The notes beneath the pieces were generated by a model, which was not told the origin of the DNA, did no database searches, and saw only the letters and a program-made list of their open reading frames with translations. A stretch of 63,528 nt of DNA, the filler included, from Hyphochytrium catenoides (lineage: Eukaryota; Protista; Hyphochytriomycota): NCBI GenBank assembly GCA_900088475.1. It is 5 parts of 5 records of this genome, joined end to end, with 100 filler letters (N's around TTAATTAATTAA, not from the genome) between each part and the next. Parts side by side here need not be neighbours in the genome. Positions count along the whole stretch, not along the records: positions 1 to 29,567 come from FLMG01000264.1; 4 more parts are not named here. One strand, written 5' to 3'. Below, one piece after another: positions 1 through 9,544 of the stretch. The position numbers and the translations under genes were made by a program. How positions within the stretch are numbered: position 1 is the stretch's first letter; every line of letters begins with the position of its first letter.

Positions 1-1546
1 TATGGTCAATCAACAAGACCAAAGCGCCGGCGTTGTCTAGCGGTACCCAGGAAGCTTGATGTATGATGCTGCTGCTAATCTCAAAGAACAACCAGCCGCC
101 ATGGCCACAATCTCTTATCACTGAAAGAATGACAATAATGGTTGTCAATCCTCAGGATCATCATCAAAAGCTCATCAAACCCTTCTTGCTTAGTATGACG
201 TTTCTCAGGACGCTTTGATCCCCTATATTAACGCATAAAGACATTCATAGGCTTATTTGTGAATGCGAATAGCCCTACAATTGAATTAGAGATGACCGTT
301 ATATGGTCATGTTAATGAGGTGCTATCCAGATAATGTCGCTACTCTTATCATTCCTCGGATAGAGAAGCATCAGCATTCGCCGTACAGAGGAAGAAGCAA
401 TCTCAAGGAAAATTATAGAGGTTCGGCGCATGTGCAACCGCTGCAACGACAATGCGAAGAGGAGGAGGAGGAAGCTCTCAACAATCTGGGGCCATATCTG
501 AGCATTGGGAGGAAATGAAGACTGCGGCAGTAGTCTGCAGCACCGCCGCATAAGGAAGCAAGTGCCGAAGACACTCGTAGAATTAACGAGGAGGGAGTTT
601 ACCGCCGGTGGGCCCCATCATTGCTTCTGCGATCAAGGATGAGTTCAGAAGCAAGGATGAGTTCGCAGTCAGCCGAGGTCTCAGTGCCCGAGTGGCCGTC
701 TTTTAATAGAACAAACTTCACCAACGTCGCTCCCCCCTCCGGAGCAAAGAGAGAAAAACCGGTAGGTGCAGACTGCGAACCTCTTTGGCGCCTATGGTTC
801 GGCTCTTTGCATGTAGTAGGCTAAGACTCTGAACCTACTCAGATCCAACCTCCACCCACTGTCTTCCCGACGTGGGAGACACAGCCACCTCCATCCCAAG
901 GTACTCCTTTATTTGCTTCAGCATTCACCACCTTACTTTGCAACTATTATTGAGATGGCGCATGCTTCACGTCACAGTGGTTCGGAATGAGACCATCAGC
1001 AGTCTTCTGACGAGACATTTTGGAGGAGGAAGAGCTTTCGCGGTCAGGATAAGAGACTTGTCAATGCCTGAGGTCCCGTGTACCTAGGTTGTTCTAACTT
1101 CATCTATTCCTGCTGATAGATAAGAGCTCTTAAAAGGGAATGCGCCCCTCAGCCGCTGTCCGACACGAATGATGAAGACAGCTCCGGGCCACGGCAAACT
1201 AAGATTCAGCGACGAGAGTCGTGATCACTGCCTGATCTATCACACACCTCAGTGTTAAAGTATTTATTAGGGTTATCATGCAGTAGTGACGTCTTCAGAG
1301 ACGACTGTTGCATAAAAGCCTTTGCCCGAGAAGCAATTTTGTCGGTTATGCATCTCCGTCAGCATACGGCGTTGCCCGTCAACCGTGTTCACATGATGGG
1401 CCTGCACATCGCTTTGTGCGCCACAACCAAATAAATACTGCATCGGCCTCCTTGCTAGAACCTGACTGTGAATTACTAGCGCTAACAAAGAGGCTTTAGA
1501 TATCCCTAACATAACTATTCCCAGGTCCGAAAGAGCTGTCTTCAGC

Positions 1547-2807
1547 TCAGTCGTCGAGAAAGTCTGGCGTCAAGTCAATCTGCTCGGTCCATTTTATAAT
1601 CTCGTCAATGTCAGCGTCTGGAACCTCCTCAGGAGCATGCGCTGGACACAAGAAGCTTTAGGTGGTGATTGTACCGAGAAGGAGGAGCAAATCGAGGCGG
1701 TCTTGAACCATGGCTTACCTCCCGTCCGGGTTTGTGAGGAGCATGATAGCTGTGCCTCGACGTCATCATTGACTGCCATCTCTTGCGGTTCCTCAGCGCT
1801 TTGATTCTTTGATTGCACAGAATCCCAATACTTGCTGAAGTAGCTCTCCAAACTCGGTTCAGGTGCCTTGCTCATGCTAGGTGTTGCTAACGCGTTAGCC
1901 AAGGCGGGCTGTGCGTCGGCTGCTTGGCTGGGGGCCGCCTTCTGGGTGGTGATACCTTCTTCTGCATTCTGCTTATACAGCTCACGCATCTTCATCAGCT
2001 GTCGTCGTTTCTTGTCTAAAGCATCGTCAATGATCGGTTCCGACTTCCGGCCCTTTCTGGATGCTTTCGTGCCATTTCTTCTTCTTCCTCGGCTAGACCC
2101 AGAACCACTTGATGTCGATGGCAAGGCTCTCTGAGAGCTTCTTTCTAGCGAAGCCCTTCCCGAGCTTCTTTTCTCAGCAGCTGGTGTTGCTCTATTCGGA
2201 GAGCTAACTGGCGCCGAAGATGTCGTCCTACTTGTAGGCTCTGGTTGACCCTGCAAGGACTGCCATGAAAGCAGTTTTAGTTGGGACACAACTATTAGTC
2301 TATGGCCAGCCAAGAGCAGCGTGCAAAATGGTGGTAGGAACTCACGCCAAGGTCATCGTCAGCTTCTCCTTGAGCTGGCTTTGTCGGCAGGCTTCTGCTT
2401 GTCTGAACGCTATGAGTAGAGAGTGTACTCCGGGACGACCTAACGAGCTTCTTTCGTGCATCGAAGACAGCGTCCAATGGCACTGGACCGAATACCGGTT
2501 CAATGATGTCCTTGAGCCTAAAGAGCAGTTAGGCCTACGAAGAACGAATGTATAGCAAGAGGTTTTCACCTTTGCAACTCCTCCGGACTGCAGCCAGAAT
2601 CCGAGAGACGCCGCTGAAGCTCAGTCCGTAAGCTACTAGCTGTCGACTCTCTGTTTTTGGCAATGGCATACTCCTGCCAGGGCCCAATATACATACTTTG
2701 GGACTAGGTGGCCTTCCTGCCATTGGTTATTGCTGCGGGCTAATGTCAATAGCCAGAGCCTCTCGCTTGGCCATAAGGGATTCAGGCATACATCCCCACT
2801 GGCTCAT
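1547..2807 (-). CDS. Spliced hypothetical protein, Ser/Arg/Lys-rich with an acidic C-terminal motif
   Basis: Phase-consistent GT-AG splicing gives MSQWGSRSNNQWQEGHLVPKESTASSLRTELQRRL...LKDIIEPVFGPVPLDAVFDARKKLVR, then the large exon inside ORF 1594-2313, then AHAPEEVPDADIDEIIKWTEQIDLTPDFLDD*. Start codon uncertain; no family recognised. Confidence 0.55.
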
Positions 2808-3222
2808 TCGGTCAACGTTCGGCTTGCCCTTGGTTGCTCTCACGAGTCACAGTTTACTGCTATGCCTCACGATGTCCAAGCCTGCTATAAGCGCTTCAAG
2901 CAACCAACATTGTCCTTCATCGACGAGATCGACTCAGCCAGAAAATATAATAGAGATCCAGTGTCATAGAGTCCGCATGCTGCAGCTCCTGCTGCACCCT
3001 CCTCCGTCCTCCATCGGCTAAACCTCCTAGGCTCTAGCAGCTGCTCTAGCCTCTCTAGAGACTCCGAGCGCTAGGAAAAGAGCTCCTCCTGCTTCCTGTT
3101 TGTTCCCTGCGTGTTGCTGTTTCCTCTGTGCCCTTCCATGATGATGATAACGCCTTGAAGTCAAAAACTCCTGTAAATCAAGTGATAGATATCGAGGTCT
3201 GCAGCTCCAACAGCAAGGAAGT

Positions 3223-3294
3223 GGTTCTATGGTGTAACGGTTAGCACTATGGACTCTGAATCCATCGATCCGGGTTCAAATCCCGGTAGAACCT
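3223..3294 (+). tRNA. tRNA-Gln, anticodon CTG
   Basis: Cloverleaf: acceptor GGTTCTA/TAGAACC, D-arm TGGTGTAACGGTTAGCAC, anticodon arm ATGGA-CTCTGAA-TCCAT (CTG at 3256-3258), T-arm CCGGG-TTCAAAT-CCCGG, discriminator T. No intron. Confidence 0.97.
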
Positions 3295-3298
3295 CCAC

Positions 3299-3305
3299 TT
3301 TTTTT
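3299..3305 (+). terminator. RNA polymerase III oligo(dT) terminator
   Basis: Run of 7 T starting 5 nt after the tRNA discriminator base. Confidence 0.8.
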
Positions 3306-4953
3306 GCTGTATTTTATCGATGCCTTTCTCTTTTCATTGGTCTCTTCGCCTCTCTCTCATCATCATACTACACCAGCAAGGATGAGACGGAGGAGGAGAA
3401 GAAAAGGTTGCAAGAAGACCCATCATCACACTGGTGTCTAGCAGACAAGGAAGGGAAGGGATCGAAGAAAAGACGTTGTTGATAGCGAGGAGAATCAAGA
3501 AGAAGATGAAGGGAAGGAGAAGAGGGTCATTGAACAGCGAGAAGCAAGGAGGAAATGTGTAGGACTGGTGCTTGCTCTAACCGGTGCATCATAAGAAAAG
3601 ACTTCGTCACTGGTCCCATCATTGACTTCAGTTCCTTGCCATGGCGCGATAAACCAGATTATGGGACCGGCTCAGAGGTAGCCGCTCCCATAGCGAGGCA
3701 AGATCAGGAATGCGATCTGTGCGTAATTCTGTGAAGCAGCAAGGAGTCTTCTTTCCTCACTGACGACAACCATGGTTTACAAACGACTGCATGAAGTAAT
3801 AGCGCCTGAGGAGGTTCGTCATGTCACCGTAGTTTAGAAGAAGGGCTGCTCTGGGTGTTTCTTGGCTCCCTCAGAAGGCACCGCGGCTCCTTGCGTCGGG
3901 ACTGTGATGTTCTGATCGAAAGGAGGACGGGATCAAACGCTTGTATAATATATTCTATAAAGATAATATGCGTCCTGCACTACAACCGACTTTCCTTCTT
4001 ATACACATCGCCTAGTCTGCTTGCTTCACAGAGATGCTTTGGTTGGCGGTTCAATAAAAGTCGGGCCTGCGACCCAGATAATGATGCTGACCTCTGACTG
4101 CTCCCGACTCAACAATAGTAGCAATAGGGATCGAGGCCTGGAGGAAATAGGTGCTGTTAGCTGTACTGTTTATTCCCTACGCATCGTGAAGTAGATGAGG
4201 AGACAGTTTTTTTTTCCTTGGTGCTCCCTTGAGGAGTCATACTTGACCGCGAGGTTCCTACGGGTGGCTGGTGGCCTGAGAAATCGTGACATTGGAGAAA
4301 AATCCGCGCAGTGTAGAAGAACTATTATGATGTAAGGAGAACTGGGACAAAGAAAGTGGGTGGAGTGGAGTGGCTTTAGAATAGCAGCCTAATATTATGA
4401 CAATATGGTTCGTAGACTGGCACGGTCCCTGCTGCTCAGTAATTGACAGGTTCTAACCAATTGCTCCTCCGCATCTAAACCTTTATTATATTTTCTGCGG
4501 TGCTGCTGACAAGCACGAAGAAGCTTCAGCACATGATCTATAGCCATTAGCTTAGGCTTTAATTTTGCACCATTGCATGTTCTTAGGGTTAACGTTTGCG
4601 TAATAAGCCAGAGAGTTTCTCTCCATCACGGAAGAAGTGTCTCTCAAACTCTCTCTGGCTCTGTTCTGTCCTTTGATTAGTGGTCGCCTTCTGTCAACTT
4701 TGCGGTCTAAAATAATGATCGTGGAGGCGCAGATGCCACCACTTATAAAGCAGTTATAGGGGGGAAGCTGCTTATGAAAAGATAGCGGCGCCCAACTGTC
4801 TAATGCCAATCATCTCATCAATCTGTCCGAAGCTTTCTGGAGCAAAAGTGCGATGTCCTATCCTCTCTACCTTCTTGTCTGCCTTTTATCCATAAAAATG
4901 GCTTTCCTTTCCACGTCAGTCCACCAAAATTATGGTGGGTAGGTTCTAGACTC

Positions 4954-5119
4954 TAGACTGTGTTGATCTTGCCCTGTTCATGCATACATCTTATCAGCTT
5001 TATCAGCACCAACAGTAGATCAACTAGAACTACAATAGACTGTGTTGATCTTGCCCTGTTCATGCATACATCTTATCAGCTTTATCAGCACCAACAGTAG
5101 ATCAACTAGAACTACAATA
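4954..5119. repeat. Perfect tandem duplication of an 82-bp unit
   Basis: TAGACTGTGTTGATCTTGCCCTG...AGATCAACTAGAACTACAA starts at 4954 and again at 5036; the copies are identical. Confidence 0.95.
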
Positions 5120-5918
5120 CACCATCCTAGATCCATGGGTATTATCTGAGGTGACTAGTGGATGACTTCATATTATAGGAACCCTCCTGGTTCTAGATTT
5201 CTACTTAGAGCCGATCCTTTGGCCAATATTTGGCAGTGCTTCCCAACAACATTAGAGAATGACCTCGTTGACTGTTACATAGGAATTCCCGGCTTTTGGT
5301 CCCTTTTAGAACAGTCGATTCTTGCCCTTGTCCACACTTGAGCGAGACAGAGCGCATTGAACGACGAGACAGAGAGCACAAGTCGGGAAAGATAGTATTA
5401 GACTAGAGAGCGGCGAGAGGCTCATTTTCCATCAAAGGAGATATAGCCGTTATTGGTAATAGAAGGGGAGAAGGAATCTTCATCTTCCTATGTGCCGCTT
5501 GGCTTGTCCTTGACCTTTCCAGACGTATGTCCATCAATCATCACAGATCAATGCGCTCCTTCTCACCCGAGGTTCGCCCCGCTTCGTCAGAGTCTTTTGA
5601 CTTCCCAATAAAGCTGGCTAAGAATGGGCAGTCAACTGGCCCAATGCAATTGGCGGCCCAGCCCTCTTGATAACACCGAGGAAGTGGTAGCAAGAGTCCC
5701 TGCCTGTAGATACCCAGTGGCCACATATGTCGTGGGATCTGGAGACAGTAGTAAGTGGGGCAGAAGAGAGATACATCTCCTGACATCTTGTCGTCATTAA
5801 GGAACTTGCATGATGTTGTTAGCAATGTCCCCTTGTCTTGTCATCCTATCTTACAAGCCAAGCAAGAACCGCTAGGAACCAGCCACACGGGATTAGAAGT
5901 AAAGAACTGCCATATAAG

Positions 5919-7004
5919 ATGACGTCTGAGTCACAATCTGGTCCAGCTCTAATTAAGCTCTTTGCAGTGGGCTTTGTATTGGCAGCATCTTTCGCTCAAG
6001 GCGCGGTCTCACAATATAAGCAGACCCTATCGCACTCTTCCTGTCCTTCTGGTGTACACCCACGCAAAGAGTACAGAGAGATGTCTCCAGATGAGTGGAG
6101 CGCTTTCAAGTCCGCAGTCTATCAGCTAATGACTATTCCTCCGAGCAGTCCAGGCAACTATACAACGATGTTTGAAGAGTTTTGCCACGAGCATTACCAT
6201 CAGAGTACACATGGTCACAAAGGCGCACAGTTTTTACCGTGGCATCGTCTCTTCCTTGCCAAGATTGAGAGAGCCCTTCAGGCTATAAATCCAGAGGTTT
6301 ATCTGCCTTACTGGGACTGGACTTTGGACTGGAATGACCCTATATCTGCCTCTATTGTCTCGGACAAGCGCTATCTTTATTTAGAAGAGTGTGAGATCAG
6401 ACTGAACAGCCCCAAGTTTGGCAATGACCATTGCGTGTATCGAAGCCCCAACATTAGTAGTTGGTACCCTTGGGAGACAGTGGAGGGACTAATGCGAGAA
6501 GCACCCAATTATGAGAACTTCTCTCGCGTCCTCGAGACCACGATGCATAACCGGGTGCATCGGGAGCTAGGAGGAGATATGTTCTACGTTGGAAGCGCGG
6601 CGTGCGATCCCATTTTCATCCTGCATCATACGCAGATCGATAGGATCTGGGCCGTCTGGCAGAGCTTGAATGATCACAATCTAAGAGACTATAATGGCAC
6701 GCACTATTCCAACACAACGATCGTCAGTCAGGAAGACGTGGTGCCACCATTCAATGTCTCTGTCGCCTCCGTACTAGACACCACCAGTCTCTGTTACTCC
6801 TATCCCCTGCTAAATAAGGGACGGCCCCGCACTCCAATGATCTTAGAAAATCATCAAAAAGACTACCAACACATTGAGCCTCCAGAGCTTCCAGAAGAAG
6901 ATCTGAGGCTGATGGGCATGGACGTGGAGGCCGTGAGAGCCGATGAGGCTTTCCTTCGATCAATCATGCAACGCCCATTGAGTAGAATACTTAGGACTAT
7001 TTAA
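5919..7004 (+). CDS. Secreted tyrosinase / type-3 di-copper oxidase, intronless
   Basis: Signal peptide (LIKLFAVGFVLAASFAQG), RKEYREMS N-terminal motif, CuA H..HGHKGAQFLPWHR, PYWDW, CuB MHNRVH...DPIFILHH, LCYSY motif. First ATG at 5919. Confidence 0.93.
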   Translation: MTSESQSGPALIKLFAVGFVLAASFAQGAVSQYKQTLSHSSCPSGVHPRKEYREMSPDEWSAFKSAVYQLMTIPPSSPGNYTTMFEEFCHEHYHQSTHGHKGAQFLPWHRLFLAKIERALQAINPEVYLPYWDWTLDWNDPISASIVSDKRYLYLEECEIRLNSPKFGNDHCVYRSPNISSWYPWETVEGLMREAPNYENFSRVLETTMHNRVHRELGGDMFYVGSAACDPIFILHHTQIDRIWAVWQSLNDHNLRDYNGTHYSNTTIVSQEDVVPPFNVSVASVLDTTSLCYSYPLLNKGRPRTPMILENHQKDYQHIEPPELPEEDLRLMGMDVEAVRADEAFLRSIMQRPLSRILRTI

Positions 7005-7651
7005 GGTTACCTGCTACTCATGAGGCACCTTTCTAAAGCTCTATAGACCAGCCTACTAGCCTCGCTCTGCAGCCAAAGATGCCACTATGAGGATGACCAA
7101 GATGATGATGCTCACCACTTTGATGATGAAGTGCGCTATTAGAATAATAAGCCGCTGAAGGTTTAGGAGTGAGACCTCTCAGCAAACGCCTTGGGATGAA
7201 ATATTGGAAGGTTGCTGTCATCAAACTTTCGCACCTCCTTGACTTCTGATAGCAGATGTGTGGGAAAGATATAAAGCTTCGTGAAACGAGGAGTGTGCAA
7301 TTTTGGTCTCCCATGAGTCCATGAGGTTTGGGAAGTGATGCCAGAGCTTCAACTTACAGATCTTCCCTTTCATCCTGATGGGTGATAAATAATGAACTCC
7401 AATGGCTGATCATCTTGAAGCTTGAAAGGTTAGACGCAGCCTACCATTGCCTCTCGGCCTCTTTATAAGTGTACGGCCATACCCGTCATGGCGCAACGGT
7501 GCCTGCTGTTCCTGGTACAAGCTAGAAGCAGAGAACATTGAGGTCTAAGCTTTACAGGCCGGGAGGGCAGCAAGCTTTGGGACCATCACGCGCTGGAACG
7601 GTGTAGCGGAAAGACAAAGCTGCAGTAGATAACGAGCCAGGAAGAGTAGAG

Positions 7652-9240
7652 ATGACTAGTCTCCAGCGCTTGACCATCCTTGTGCTGTTCTCGAGCTTCC
7701 TGTTATCAAGGTTGGCAGACGCTCTAGCGCAGCCTGCCTCATTTCCAGTCCAATTCTCAGCCTCCTTAGAGATCATATACCACTTGGTGGACCGCACTCA
7801 GGATTATCCGCCATGGCGGAAAGTTATGAATGTTCAGTTTGACTACCCGCAGCGGCTCGTCCGGGCTACCATCACAGATGGACATGACGCGGGCAAGACC
7901 TTCATTCGTCGCTATGACAATGTGAGACCGGACCTCTGAACATAAGGTTCCATGTCGTGGGTCTCCATAGCTAATTAAAACCCTTGTACCTTTCCTGCTG
8001 TGTCACTCTTCAGGACACTGAGTTCAAGATAAAGCAGGGCAGGTTCGCGAAGTGCGAACGCGCTTACATTGGTAAGTGGATCGTCTAACTCTCTAACTCG
8101 CTGAAGCCGCTTGCCTGTGACTCTCGCGCTGCATCGGCTCTCATGTGGCCTTTACCGCCAGTGCATCAGTGTACGGTGGTGTCTGCTCTCTCTTATAATG
8201 TCGTTCTCCGCGTTCAACCTCGCCCGCCGGATGGTAGCATTCCCGTTGGCCTCCTCTCTGCCACTTCCTCTTTCTTGCTTAGTAACTGCGTCATAAACCT
8301 ATGAAGAACGGGCAACTGTGGTACTAATGAACAGTCTCTTGTCAGGAACCACTCTTCAACCCCCGTCTCTGCCCAAGGACTTGAAGTTCATTGTAAGGAA
8401 CATCTCTGTGTTCACAAGCTCCGTTTCCAGCCTACTTTCCTTCAATAGTTCAGCTATGGGCTACCTGTCCCTCGTTCCTCTTCCTTCTTGTTTACTCCAG
8501 CAGCGCAATATCCTGACCCTCACTGGCATTAATCTCTGCGTGCAGGAGGAGGTGGATGTTAGCGGAGTCAAAGCCAGTCTGTGGGTGCATCAAAGTAGCA
8601 CTGAGCGCGTTCAATATTATGAAGAGACAGACCAACAGCGTAAGTGGCAGGCAAATGGGTAGTAGAAGGTCACAATTAGACCTTAGTCACAGGAGAAAAT
8701 GTGGCGATAAGAAAGACACGCACTCTCATTAGCTGTCTTATGGGGATGAGAAGATGAAGACCAACGAAAGAGGAAAGGACGGATACGACGCTTGAAGACA
8801 TTGAAAGAGGAAAGAGAAGAAGCTCACTCCTAACCTGAACAGGGCCATTTCGATTGACTGTTGAGAGCATCGTTGGACGAGACGTTACGCCACTGGTTAC
8901 CTACCAATTCAAGAGCTTTCGCTCAGGCCCACAGGTAGTGCTTGCTAGAGAGCTCTTCCTCTCTTCATGGCCTTGCCCCAGTCTACACATTCCGTCTTAA
9001 CAATAGTCGCGGACCTCTCTCTCTTCGACGGCACGTCTCTGTGCCACTTCGTTCCTTACTCGGCGCTTCGTTACTAATCCGCGCTTTCGTTTCCCTTATT
9101 TGTCTTTTTGGTTGTTTATGGTGCAACAACAGCGGAAGGCAGACTTTGAGCTGCCAGAGGAATACTCCTTTGATAGCTGTGAGCTGGTCAAGTCTGGCTT
9201 CCCGTACATTCACGCCTTCCACCACTATCTCCAGTTTTAA
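7652..9240 (+). CDS. Secreted protein, probably ependymin-related (EPDR/LolA-like fold), 6 exons
   Basis: Exons 7652-7921, 8014-8071, 8346-8392, 8546-8639, 8843-8934, 9133-9240 join in frame: signal peptide, FPVQFSASLEI, FDYPQRLVR, IRRYDN, KCER, PPSLPKDLKF, ASLW, DFELPEEYSFDSC. The family call is by pattern resemblance only. Confidence 0.55.
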
Positions 9241-9544
9241 TGGAGCAAATTCCCCGTTTCTACTACTATTAGCACTGTGCCCCGGATGCTTGTTTCTCTG
9301 CCTTGTCTATCGCTGTTCTGGTCTCATGCCATTACGCAGCTCCAGTGGTCTGTTACTGTTCAAGGAGTCTTCTAGGCTTCTAACTCCCTTAACTATGACT
9401 CACTTGCAATCCTGCGATTGGCACTTTCTTCATTGGCACTGTCGCGACACTCCCGCCAACAGTCTAGAGCAGTGCGAACGTCCTTATCAAACAGGAAACA
9501 GCTAATATTATTCAATTAAAAGCTAAAGGGAACAGTGTTTAGTG

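Noticed and set aside
3021-3075. Local CTAG cluster suggesting a genome-wide mutational signature
   Set aside because: A rough hand count in the first 3 kb gave about the frequency expected by chance.
7470-7510. GTACGGCCATACC resembles the 5' end of 5S rRNA
   Set aside because: Similarity stops after about 13 nt; no internal control boxes or 3' stem.
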